In this document: positions 34,286-46,900 of the stretch, in pieces
Layout of the letters: the number at the start of each line of letters is the position of its first letter
How positions within the stretch are numbered: position 1 is the stretch's first letter
NCBI GenBank assembly: GCA_950097015.1
Contig: CATNEN010000002.1
Location: 8,742,001-8,806,000 of the forward strand
DNA: 64,000 bases
Reading direction: 5' to 3'
Source: Macrostomum hystrix
Taxonomy: Eukaryota; Animalia; Platyhelminthes
Position numbers and translations under genes: made by a program
Notes under the pieces: model-generated
The model's database searches: none
What the model saw: the letters and a program-made list of their open reading frames with translations, nothing else
Told to the model about the DNA's origin: nothing

Positions 34286-35410
34286 TCCAATGTGCCAATG
34301 AAGCCGGCAGTGGGAATGTCTCTGGTTTCAAAGCCCGCATGCAATCTGCTAGTCATCAATCACGGGATTTCATGTGAGGTTTTATTTCTCATTCGGTCTC
34401 TGCTCGTGAATAGTTGCTCTAGTGTGTCAAAGCTTTCAGTTCGATATGATTTAATTCCCTTTTCTGATATTTGAGTAGGCAGCGGCTTCTCAATTCGGCT
34501 ATGACTCAGCCAAGACGAAGATTGGAAATCTTCTAATCTGTTTGAGCATAGACTCAAAGTTACGGGGACTCACTTTCCCTGAGTATCGCCGGCCAGGCAG
34601 GCAGGCAGGCAGACAGTTGGGGAGCCGCGCTAGACCCCAGGTGGGTTAAGCCGGTTGGGGAGGTGGGGTGGGCGCGGATGACACGGTGATCTGCCGTTGA
34701 GTTGCCTGAGACACTGGCGTTCCAAGAGCTGCAAATTTAGCTTACTGACGGCGGTGACTAAGAGGGCCTGCCTCAAGCAGAAACTTGGCGCGGAGGAAGA
34801 GCGGGGAATCGCTACAAGCTCCCAACCCCCTCCCAAGGCCAGCTCAGCTTGGGCGATCGCCGTTGAAACTGCCCGGCAGGGATAGGGAATTGGGATTTTT
34901 AACAAGCCCTGCCACAAAATTTGCCCCATTTTCTCATGCCCAACCCTACGCGGTCGGCAGCTCAGGTGTGCCCGCAATGGCAGCTGCTTTTAGCCTCCGT
35001 CTACTGCTGCTCCCATTCTCTCTCCCTGTCGACTGGGGCGGGCCGAGGGAGGGCAGCCACCCCACCGCCAGCCAACCCCAGGGCAGGCGTGTCTGCCCGC
35101 AGTAGGAAGTGCCGGTCTGTATAAAGCAGGAGGGCTTGAGTCGGCAGCAATGACCGCGTCTCTTCCTTGCTTACTTTGCCAACGCCTGCCTTCTGCGCCT
35201 GTCATCGCATTGTTTAGTTGCTAGGCTAAGCGAAGGACTGTTTTGTAGTCATTGATTTTTGTTTGGCCCCAGTCTGATATCGATTTCGATCAGGCCACCG
35301 ACCGGCGCGAGCTGTTATTTGAGTCCCCCCTGAGTCCAGCTAGCCACCGGCACAGTTGAGCACAGTTGAGCACAGTTGCATTGAGCCAAGCGTACCAGCA
35401 GCTGGGAGAC

Positions 35411-38400
35411 ATGATCAAGAGCCGCTCAGCCTTCAACATGCCGAGCAGCCGGCCCAGGAGAAGTGAGTTCTTGTTTGAGCATTGTTTTTAGTATTCTAGT
35501 TGGCGTACTGTGGGCTCACGGTTCATTAAACTGTTTGCTAATCTGGTGAATGCAGAAACTTAAACGATCACACCTGCTGTGAGAGTCAGAGAGAGTCAGA
35601 GAGTCAGAGAGTCAGAGAGTCAGAGAGTCAGAGAGTTAGAGAGCCAGAGAGTCAGAGAGTCAGAGAGTCAGAGAGTCAGAGAGTCAGAGAGTCAGAGAGT
35701 CAGAGAGTCAGAAAATCTGAGAGAGTCAGAGAGTCCGAGAGTCCGAGAGTCAGAGAGTCAGAAAATCAGAGAGAGCCAGTGAGCCAGAGAGTCAGGTAGT
35801 CGGCACCCTTGGAAGCAGCCACTGAAGCACCACCGCCAACGCCAATCTCTGCAGTCTGGCTGAACGGAGTCGGCGCCCAGAACGGCAGTGGCAAGGAGGA
35901 GGAGCTGCGCAAGTCGCTGCCCTACTGCGACACGGAGACCGGCACCAAGAACCGAGGTTCGAATCCTGCTGCACAGCTTTTATACCTTTTCTGATCGTTT
36001 CGTGTAATTAAAAAATTACAAATTATGAAATTACATTTTCGCCTACGCATTTGACCTGTTCTGAATTGCAGTGGTCGAGAGGGACCCCATCGCTGGCCTG
36101 GGTCTCCTGGGCAAGGAGTATGACCCGTTCCTGGAGACTCGACAGAGCAGCACGCCAAGGACAGCCAGAGACCGCGGTGAGCTGCGGGTGGACTGACGGG
36201 AGATTGGAGTCTGAGAGACGAGAGTCAGAGAGAAGAGAGTCAGAGAGAAGAGAGTCAGAGAGAAGACAGTCAGAGAGAAGACAGTCAGAGAGACGAGAGT
36301 CAGAGAGAAGAGAGTCAGAGAGAAGAGAGTCAGAGAGACGAGAGTCAGAGAGAAGACAGTCAGAGAGAAGAGAGTCAGAGAGACGAGAGTCAGAGAGACG
36401 AGAGTCAGAGAGAAGAGAGTCAGAGAGAAGACAGTCAGAGAGAAGACAGTCAGAGAGAAGACAGTCAGAGAGACGAGAGTCAGAGAGAAGACAGTCAGAG
36501 AGAAGACAGTCAGAGAGAAGAGAGTCAGAGAGAAGAGAGTCAGAGAGAAGACAGTCAGAGAGAAGACAGTCAGAGAGAAGACAGTCAGAGAGAAGACAGT
36601 CAGAGAGAAGACAGTCAGAGAGAAGACAGTCAGAGAGAAGACAGTCAGAGAGAAGACAGTCAGAGAGAAGACAGTCAGAGAGAAGACAGTCAGAGAGAAG
36701 ACAGTCAGAGAGAAGACAGTCAGAGAGAAGACAGTCAGAGAGAAGACAGTCAGAGAGAAGACAGTCAGAGAGAAGACAGTCAGAGAGAAGAGAGTCAGAA
36801 GGAGATGATTCAGGACGTCAAGCTCAGTAATGGCTGAATCAGAGAGTCGGAGACCATCTCAAAGCCGGAGAGACTAGCTTCAAGGCGCCTGTTGCGCACG
36901 CAGACTCGAGCCGGAATCCAATTCTCGGCGAGGGCAACCTCGGCCAGGAGGTGAATCTGTTCAACCGGCCAGACGGATACAAGAGCAACAGAAAGAGTGA
37001 GTTGCTAAGGCAGAGGAGAGACGTAAGAAAAAAGGGGATGAGACAGAGAGGGAGAGATTGGGATGTAGAAAAGGAGAGGACATGCTGTACTGTGATGGGA
37101 TCTAGCATGGAGCTCTGAATGAGAGACAACTCCCCGCCAAACCCCCATTTTCCGGACCAGTGTATGCTGAGAGAGACCTTCGAATATCCTATCTGCCCAG
37201 TGCATTTTCGGGACAGCCAGTCAGCCTACACTGGTCTGGCTCTCCCAGTTTCTGACTCAAGCTACAGGGGCAGGGGCATAGAGTAGTGGGAGAAGTCTAA
37301 CAAGCATCAGGGACCTCTGCCGCATCCGCAGGCCGCAATCCGCTTCAACCGGAGCCGCAAAGCGCCGATGACGACAAACTGCGGCCCCGCGGACGACCCG
37401 GCAAAGTCAGCATTCACCAAGGTGAGCAGCGCTTAACCTTAGGCAGTCAAAATAGTGAAGGAGTTGCTGAGCCGTTTCCATGCTTAATTTATTCTCTACC
37501 GCTTCATTTCTAATCAGTATTTTGCTACAACAATGGTCCAGGCCAGACCGTGGGACTGGGGGGGGGCATTTTATTGCGGCACAATTTCCACATCACTGAA
37601 ATTTACTGGCTAGCGAGGGCAGCTGCGAATTTGGCCAGTCTGTTTTTCCTACTTAATTTGCTACCGTTGCAATGATTTGTTTCGTTTGCTTTAGAAGCGA
37701 ATATAAAAAAGCACACTGGACTCATGCGTGCTTTGCTACGCATTGCGTTATCCTCGTGCAAGTTTTGTGAAATTTTCTTCTAAATTTCTGCTTCTCATTG
37801 CTGGTACAGCTGAGACCGCATTATGTAAATTATTCAGGCCCGTTGCCTTATAAGCGAGCAGTTTGGGACAGTGCTTGACGAAGGGATTATGCTAATTTGA
37901 CATGCCTTTCCGTCACTTGGGCGAAGTTTGTTTATCTGTTTTATCTGGCGTGGTAAAATACATTCTCGGTCAATAGCACTGAGGTATGTATATTATCAGC
38001 TGCTTGAATCATACTGCAGGCCTAGAAACAGAATTCTTGGCTACTTCTCTATCCAAACCTGTGCGCATAACAAATAAGTCGAGCAACTGTTTTGAGCACA
38101 CCCCCACACTCCCAACCCCGACTTGACACCTCAAGCTAACACACACCCCCACACTCCCAACCCCGACTTGACACCTCAAGCTAACACACACCCCACACTC
38201 CCAACCCCGACTTGACACCTCAAGCTAACACACACCCCACACTCCCAACCCCGACTTGACACCTCAAGCTAACACACACCCCACACTCCCAACCCCGACT
38301 TGACACCTCAAGCTAGCACACACCCCCACACTCCCAACCCCGACTTGACACCTCAAGCTAACACACACCCCACACTCCCAACCCCGACTTGACACCTCAA

Positions 38401-41400
38401 GCTAGCACACACCCCCACACTCCCAACCCCGACTTGACACCTCAAGCTAACACACACCCCCACACTCCCAACCCCGACTTGACACCTCAAGCTAGCACAC
38501 ACCCCCACACTCCCAACCCCGACTTGACACCTCAAGCGAACACACACCCCCACACTCCCAACCCCGACTTGACACCTCAAGCTAACACACACCCCACACT
38601 CCCAACCCCGACTTGACACCTCAAGCTAGCACACACCCCACACTCCCAACCCCGACTTGACACCTCAAGCTAGCACACACCCCACACTCCCAACCCCGAC
38701 TTGACACCTCAAGCTAGCACACACCCCCACACTCCCAACCCCGACTTGACACCTCAAGCTAACACACACCCCACACTCCCAACCCCGACTTGACACCTCA
38801 AGCTAGCACACACCCCCACACTCCCAACCCCGACTTGACACCTCAAGCTAACACACACCCCCACACTCCCAACCCCGACTTGACACCTCAAGCTAGCACA
38901 CACCCCAACACTCCCAACCCCGACTTGACACCTCAAGCTAACACACACCCCACACTCCCAACCCCGACTTGACACCTCAAGCTAGCACACACCCCACACT
39001 CCCAACCCCGACTTGACACCTAAAGCTAACACACACCCCACACTCCCAACCCCGACTTGACACCTCAAGCTAGCACACACCCCCATACCCCCACCCCCCG
39101 ACTTGACACCTCTAGCTAGTCCACACTCCAGACCCCAGCTACAATTTAAGAAACCGAGTGCAAGTCCAGGACAAGCCTGACGACAAGCCTCCCCCTTTAA
39201 TTTTTTCAGCTCAGCGAGATCCGATCTCCGGTCGCGGCGAGTTCGGTCGCGAGTGGGACCCGGTGCACAAGTACGCCGGACGGCCCAGACCCTGGCATCA
39301 GCGCGCAGCGGACGGTGAGTCTCGGCCATAGACTATGCGATATTTTGCCGCCGCGGACACCCCGGGTCACGAGATTTCTAATCTCAGCAAGCTGCGCCCC
39401 CCCCGAAATCTCGCACTCGCCAGATCCCCGCTATTACAAGTTCAGCGAGAGGCCCTCGGTGTCCAAAACTGATCAGAAGTACATTTTCGGCTACTATGGT
39501 ACAGGCTAAATCGATGAAGTCCACACTTCCCATTGTTCATTATATATTTTTTCATTTAATCTTCTCGTTTTTTGCGAAAAGCATGAGTCAGTTTTCAGAG
39601 TCTTCGTTTCGCTCATTGGAGTCGTGTTTTGCATGCCGTTTCACTGCAGGCTAATGAGATTTCCTACATGTAGCGGTTTTGCGCTACTAAAAGCTCACCA
39701 GCCGGCTTTCCTAGGCCAAAATGTTGTCTGGTATTTGTGTCTCATCGACTCATTTGCAGCGAGGAAATTTAGCTTGAAATGAATTGTTTCTTTGTATTTG
39801 TTTTGTTTCATTTTTCATATCTTACTAAAATTTAACTTGAATTGCTACTGACAGTCAGAGAGTAGTGTACTGCGCATATACAATGCATGATTTAAAAACG
39901 ATTAATTCTCGCAGCCAAGCGCGGCGGCCGCTGCAACCCGCTGACCGGCGAGGACGCCAAGACTTTCGACATCAACCAGGAGCTGCGTCGAACGCCTAGG
40001 AAGGGAATGAGTGAGTTTCGCTAGCCAAACTTTGACAGTTTGCAATATACTACTCGTAATATATTGCAAAGTAGCCTATATTGCGCATTGGTAAATTTCG
40101 CTCACCACAGAAAAAAGTAACCCAGTGACTGGCGAGAACTGCGAAAGTTTCACTGTGTCAGACAAGATGAATGAAAAGAACGTAAAAACTGGCGCCAGAA
40201 AGACTGCCCGGGGTGAGTCAGATTTGAAGCTGGCACTCGGAATCTGTCTCTCAGAACCTGTCACTAGGAATCTGTCACTCAGAAAGTGTAACACAGAATG
40301 TGTCACTCGGAATCTGTCACCCGGAATGTGTCACACAGAACCTGTCACTCGGAATGTGTCACTCGGAATGTATCACTCAGAATGTGTCACTCATAATGTG
40401 TCACTCAAAATCTGTCACTCAAAATCTGTTACTCGGAATCTGTCACTCGAAATCTGTCACTCAAAATCTGTCACTCAAAATCTGTCACTCAAAATCTGTC
40501 ACTCAGAATCTGTCACTCGAAATCCGTCAATTAGAATGTGTCACTCGGAATCTGTCACTCAGAATCTGTCAATCAGCATCTGTCACGCGGAGTCTGTCAC
40601 TCAGAATATTGAAGCTGTCGCTATCTGGTAAATGTTTTAAATTCTGAGCTCTAGGTCAAGGTCAAGGTCAAGGTCACTCTATGGTTGTCTGCGACTCTTC
40701 AAACCGATGTTTTCCATTTCCAGGGGGCAACCCAGTCACCGGTGAGAACTGTAAATCCTTTGACTTCAACATCGAGTCGAAGTCGGCCGGAAGTTCGCCG
40801 AGGAAGGCGGCTGCGGGTGGCAACCCGGTGACGGGAGAAAACTGCACCGTGTACGCCTACAGCAGCGAGTTCAAGCCGAAGCCGAACAAGCCGAACGGTG
40901 AGCCAGAGCCTGATGACCGAATTATAATGACCAGAACAGCATGACTAGAATCGAATGACCGAAATAGAATGACCAAAACAGCATGACTAGAATCGAATGA
41001 CCGAAATAGAATGACCAGAACAGCATGACTAGAATCGAATAACCAAAATATAATGACAAGAACAGCATGACTAGAATCGAATGACCAAAATATAATGACA
41101 AGAACAGCATGACTAGAATCGAATGACCAAAATAGAATGACCAGAACAGCATGACTAGAATTAAATGACCTATAGCCAAAATAAATAACCTGAATCAGAG
41201 TTTTATGGCTTTACACTTTCTGTGTTCGATCATCAGCTGGTCATATGTGAAAGGTCATCTGAGTTTATAGATCAGCAGAATATTAAAAGCGGACGCTCAA
41301 ATGATGAGTTTGAGTTTGATTGACAGCGTGTTGAGTCAGTCAGTGCGAACTGACCACAGTTAGCCCTGGCCATTGTAGAGCGCAAAAATCCTTTAACTGG

Positions 41401-43931
41401 CGAGAATGTGAGCAGCTTTGTGCTCAAACTCACTGAGCGGGCCGACCAGCCGCCTAAACAGACGGAGCCCTACAGCCCGAGTATGATGAAGCTGCTGCTT
41501 GCTCAAAGCCTCTGCTGAGTCGATCAGCTCAAACTTTCCTAGCACTTACTTTCCCCCCAACCCCTATGCTCAGCTTGGAAATGGAATTTCATCTCTTTGA
41601 GAACTGTTCCGAGAGGAGCAACTTTTGAGCATTTCAGTCCAGAGGCATCTAATAGGCAAATGCATGCTGCTCCAGTGTGGCAGGATTCCTTGGTTACTGG
41701 CTGTCAGAACTTTCTCTGCATGAACAAAGCTTTTCAATTTCATTCGTCTACAGAGCGGTTAACGCGTTGGCCTGTCGCACCAAGGTCCCTGAGCTCGATT
41801 CCGCGGCGAGGCCACATTTATTTTGGGCGCAGCCGCGAAGAGAAGGCTTGGGGGCTTGTCGTGCAATTTACGTCCTTGAGGGCCTATCTCGTAGGCGCAG
41901 TGAAATGTACACTGCCTGACAATGAGAAAGTCAGGGCAGATGTACACACTGTGTGAGTGTGTGCTCAGGAGTCAGCGGAACGGCAGAATTGCCTGCTCGC
42001 TGGCTGCGGGTCCAGTGTCACCAAATGATGTGCATTGCCCGCAGCCCTCCCGCAGTTATTACTCGTAATTTTATTAATCTATCTAGACGGCTTGGTATTG
42101 GAAATTTTAACAACAGTTTAACAACAGTGTATGTCTTATTGTCTGCATGCACGCCATATTATTTCCTTTATCCCATACTTATAATACCAAAATTTATCCC
42201 ATCGCACACTCGACGCGGCTCGGTAATATCCAGGCGAGGCCAAGAACCCGCTGACCGGAGCCAACTGTCCCAGCTTCACCGTCAGCAGCGAAGACCGGCC
42301 AAAGACTGCGCCGGGAGCTCTGCAGGCGACCCGTGAGACTCCATTTTTCCTCCTTTTTCTCCCTGATCCAATTTATCTAGTTATCTACCGAGTCTAATCC
42401 GAATCTCAACCGAATTTCAACCGAATCTCAACCGAATCTTAACCGAATTTCAACCGAATCTCAACCGAATCTTAACCGAATTTCAACCGAATCTTAACCG
42501 AATCTTAACCGAATTTCAACCGAATCTTAACCGAATCTCAACCGAATTTCAACCGAATCTCAACCGAATTTCAACCGAATCTCAACCGAATCTTAACCGA
42601 ATTTCAACCGAATCTTAACCGAATTTCAACCGAATCTTAACCGAATTTCAACCGAATCTTAACCGAATTTCAACCGAATCTCAACCGAATCTCAACCGAA
42701 TCTCAACCGAATTTCAACCGAATCTCAACCGAATCTTAACCGAATTTCAACCGAATCTCAACCGAATTTCAACCGAATCTCAACCAAATCTTAACCGAAT
42801 TTCAACCGAATCTTAACCGAATCTCAAGTGAACTTCTCTCAAATCTCATTTGTATCTCAACCGAATCTATCCCATATCTCACCTGAGACTCAACTAAATC
42901 TCATCTGAAACCGATCACACCGCAACCTCACCCGAGCAGCGCGGGCCTCATCCAACCCTGTCACCGGTGAGGGCTGCCGTCACTATGTACTGTGCACTGG
43001 CGAGAAGAAAATGTCGAGCAGCCCACAGACACCACGGGAGCCGGTCAGCAACCCGCTGACTGGCAGCAACGTCCGCTGCTTCGACATCAACCAGGAGATG
43101 CGCGTCAACCGTCGGGCTACCGATGGTGAGTTCTCATTCCCTTGCTGGACATCGCTGACTCTTTGACTGTCTGACTCTCTGACTCTATGACTCTCTGAAT
43201 CTCTGGCTCTCTGACTCTCTGACTCTCTGACTCTCTGACTCTCTCTGGCTCTCTGACTCTCTGACTCTCTGGCTCTCTGACTCTCTGACTCTATGACTCT
43301 CTGACTCTCTGACTCTCTCTGGCTCTCTGACTCTCTCTGGCTCTCTCTGGCTCTCTGACTCTCTCTGACTCTCTCTGACTCTCTGACTCTCTCTGGCTCT
43401 CTCTGGCTCTCTGACTCTCTCTGACTCTCTCTGACTCTCTGACTCTCTCTGGCTCTCTGACTCTCTCTGGCTCTCTCTGGCTCTCTGACTCTCTCTGACT
43501 CTCTCTGGCTCTCTGACTCTCTGACTCTCTGGCTCTCTGACTCTCTGACTCTATGACTCTCTGACTCTCTGACTCTCTCTGGCTCTCTGACTCTCTCTGG
43601 CTCTCTCTGGCTCTCTGACTCTCTCTGACTCTCTCTGGCTCTCTGACTCTCTCTGACTCTCTCTGGCTCTCTGACTCTCTAACTCTCTGACTCTCTGACT
43701 CTCTGACTCTCTGACTCTCTGACTCTCTGACTCTCTGACCAATATTGAAAAGGCGCCAAGCCGGCTGAAAACGGACACCAAACCAACGGCCTGAGCTGCG
43801 ATGTTGCGACCGTGTCAGGTGAGACGCCGCCTTGACATTTGAATCGATGATTCCCCAGTTCAATGTACGAATTACACCTGTCAATCACCGTCGGTATTGC
43901 AGCTCGCAGCAACCCCATCACAGGAATGTGA
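35411..43931 (+). CDS. 15-exon gene for a ~491-aa NP[V/L/I]TG-repeat protein of unknown family
   Basis: Exons: 35411-35462, 35855-35956, 36072-36176, 36904-36996, 37332-37421, 39210-39314, 39424-39498, 39915-40010, 40111-40212, 40724-40897, 41379-41480, 42234-42332, 42940-43125, 43753-43818, 43903-43931. All introns are GT-AG and phase 1, every internal exon is a multiple of 3, and the joined frame has no stop until SNPITGM*. Weakest points are the exon-2 donor (gttcga) and the exon-14 acceptor (aag). AATAAA lies at 44281-44286. Confidence 0.8.
35581..35795. repeat. (gagagtca)n-type minisatellite in intron 1
   Basis: Tandem units are directly visible. Confidence 0.95.
36207..36798. repeat. 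15-bp minisatellite (cagagagaag[a/c]cagt / agagt variants) in intron 3
   Basis: About 39 units. It is the source of the spurious SERRQ ORF. Confidence 0.95.
38096..39118. repeat. 44/45-bp minisatellite (cacacacccccacactcccaaccccgacttgacacctcaagcta[a/g])n in intron 5
   Basis: About 23 units. Confidence 0.95.
40238..40605. repeat. Degenerate 14-bp minisatellite (aatctgtcactc[a/g][a/g])n in intron 9
   Basis: Tandem units are directly visible. Confidence 0.85.
40925..41170. repeat. 42-bp minisatellite (catgactagaatcgaatgaccgaaatagaatgaccagaacag)n in intron 10
   Basis: About 6 units. Confidence 0.9.
41750..42078 (+). mobile_element. tRNA-derived SINE copy in intron 11
   Basis: The plus strand has the head gagcggttaacgcgttggcctgtcgcaccaaggtccctgagctcgattccgcgg, the shared body and an AT-rich tail after cagccctcccgcag. 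Confidence 0.85.
42397..42826. repeat. 11-bp minisatellite (aaccgaat[c/t]t[c/t])n in intron 12
   Basis: About 39 units. Confidence 0.95.
43156..43739. repeat. (tgactctc)n-type minisatellite in intron 13 (reverse complement of the intron-1 array)
   Basis: Tandem ctctga/ctctgg units are directly visible. Confidence 0.95.
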
Positions 43932-46900
43932 GGCCTTCACGGATAGCTGAAGCTGGGTGACGCACGGTTGACTCACGAAGCAGCTCACGGACAGCTCACC
44001 TTATCGACAATTGCAGCCCTGTCTCTGAAGTCCTCAAGCTGTCATATTCTCTTTGTTCTCCTCCGCCTGCTCGTAACAAATTAAATTTCGGTGTCGCTTT
44101 TTACTATTTTACCCGTTTTTATTGCTTTCTAGTTCCACAGCAGCATGCAAGCTGCCGGAACTTCAACGCCGATAATCATTTTCAGCTGAAAGTCAATTTG
44201 TTTTCCTGTTGCTAACCGTTCGATTGAATCTCCGATCCAATCAGGTGCTGCCGTTTTCAAAACACCTCTTCAGCCCCGCCAATAAAGCCGCTTTATCAGT
44301 TTTTATCAGTTTTTATTGCTACTCCAGAAATCTACTGCCATCTAATCGGTGACTAGCTTTTGTTTAATTCTCCTTTGTTAAAACAGCAACAGTTTTGCTT
44401 TGAATTTTCTCGATTTTGCTTTCGGCGGCTTTCAGTGCCACTTTTTTTGAAGGAAATTTTCCTTGCTGCCTGAGTTGGTTCTGCTGGTGGATTTTGTTAA
44501 TTTCGTTGAATTGTTTCTTTTTTAATTCGAGAAAAAACTCATCTTGGCCATCGCGCATGTACATGTCCCGCTGTTACTGCGTACTCTGCCTTGCATACTG
44601 TAACTTTTTATTAACTTGTGTAGTAGAAAAAAAACAAAAAAGTTGCATTGCGGGATAGTTAGAAATTCTGTTGAAAACTGTGCGCAATTCTGAGTCATAT
44701 TAATGATTTCCGCTCTGTAAAAGTACATTCTGCTCATCCCTGATTCGCGCGAAATCTTAATAAATATTGACTACCCTCTTCCAAGCTGACGGCTTGTCTG
44801 AACAGAATTTTCCTGGAATTGATTTTCCGCTGCAAACTCCAACTTGCCTACTGCCAGTAGGGTAGTTGGATAGCTGAGAGCGAGTAATAGGAAAATTTGC
44901 TTACTGACAGAAATATTTACAAAATTGGTACGCTGGAGCTGAGAGAAGTGAATGGAGTGAGAGATTCAGGTGACAGAAAATCTCGGGTAATGAAACCAGT
45001 AAGTGTTAGCGGTATTTTCAAAACCGAACGCATTTTTGAGTTCGTTCTCAATGAGAACAGATTGATAGAAATTTCAATTTTATTTTGATAAAAATTAGTC
45101 AGGCTTCGAGATTTTCCAGGCGATCGGTTGAATATTTTAGGAGATACGGAACAAAAATAATAATTTGGGTATATGAAATACCCCTTGGTGTTTCTCCGGT
45201 TAACTGGATCACTCATCGGAGCCTCCTAAACTTCGCGGTGAAACTTCAACCCAACGATTCGCTACACTTTTGTTTGAGTGTACAAATTGGAATATGAAAT
45301 TTTGAAATTCGAAGCCTCTTAAGGCCGCATATTTGTCACAGTGCCGCGGAGTTTATTTAACAAATTAGTTTCCTACTTTCTCAGAGCACCAGAAAAGTCA
45401 AACACTTTGCAAACCGCTTATTTTCATAGTTACGCATGCGCGCAGTTTTTGTTGTTGAAATAATTTTCTATGCATGACTCTAACTCGCGCAAGCCTCCGA
45501 AGTGGCAGATCGCTACATTTCACTCGTGGAGTAACGATTTAGGCTGGTGTAGCTGCTCATTCACTCGCAGACTTGCCAAAGCTACTCAGCTGCAGTAGTG
45601 TGTGAGGCTCTAGCCCTGCAGCGATTTCTCTGTGACTTATCCCAATAAATTGCATAGCCAATCAACACTGAGTCAAAACCTGAGCAAGGTGCAGACTTAC
45701 ATAATTTCATCCGGCCTTCTTAATTATTTGCTGTAATTAAATTTTCAATGCAATTAATCTGGGACTGTGGCTACAGTCAGCACAGTCGGGCATGGACACT
45801 CTCGGCTTATGCGCTGACACGGAGGGCCGCTTTTGTCGGCTCGTTCTCAGCCTCAGGGGCCGGCCCCGCCCCCCACCCCGGGGCTGTAACACTGGATAAT
45901 TGCTTTGTAATGCTATTAGCGGGCCTGCGCGTACGGGGCCAGTTCGTGTTTCACTCACTCAGGGCTTCCAAGAACTTCAATGGAACACTTCTTCTCGGGG
46001 CCTTCTTTGGGATTTCAAAAAAATCGTTTTAATTCATTCGATTCGAATGAGTCAGTGTGGACGAAGAGCGGTTCTGAAATTTGGTTAGGCTCCGCTTGAA
46101 ATGCGGCTGGCTCTGATTGAAGCCAATTTGTTGGCAAGTCGGACGGGAAACCTCAGCTTTATTGTCCTCGCACATGAGACCTCGCTCAAAACTAGTCAAA
46201 TATTTTTTGTATTGAGTACTGTTCTCAAAATGTCTCAAAACAGCTCACACTTACTCATCATATCGATTGTCAAGTGTCCTGATTAAATTGATTAATTCGA
46301 TTAAAATCTTGATTGCAAACTTCAAACGTCTGTCTTAAAAAATAGGAGACAAAAAGCAGCAAATCATTTCCCATCCTGCAGGCTCGGGATTTTCCCCTGG
46401 GGAGTCGCCAAAGTCTGAGTCCGCCCGAGTTCTCAAAGACTTCGAAATGGAAAAACAGCTGAAAAAATGCAAGTCGAAAAAGTCGAATTGCCAGTTCATT
46501 TATCAACTGAACACAAAATCATAAAAAATGTGCAGGAGACTGTCTGCAGCAACAGCTGCCGTCCATTCGGTCGATATTGTGGAATGATGGAGCAGGTCTG
46601 AGGGGTCAGGGCCTCCAAAAATATTCGTGTTTCATGGCGACATGAAAAACCATCAGCGACTGAAATATTCAGAGAGGCAGCAGGGCGCTCTCAGTCCAAG
46701 AAATTCTCAAAGCTGAGTATGAAAAGATGGATGAATTTGCTGAGTTGGGCAAAGAAAATTTTTCGAGAATTTTTTGTGCAAACAGAAGCTGCTAAAATGG
46801 GGAGTGGACAGGGTTTAAGAGGGATCTGTTTTGGCCGCCTGTGGAATGATGAGAACCTCTGTTTATACATTTATACTCAAATAATTCCAGGCTCCGGGCG

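Noticed and set aside
36051-36830. 259-aa SERRQ-repeat ORF
   Set aside because: It overlaps true exon 3 in another frame and then reads through an intronic 15-bp array.
44364-44737. Minus-strand ORFs (66 and 71 aa) downstream of the repeat gene
   Set aside because: They are short and AT-rich, with no recognisable domain or consistent splice pattern.
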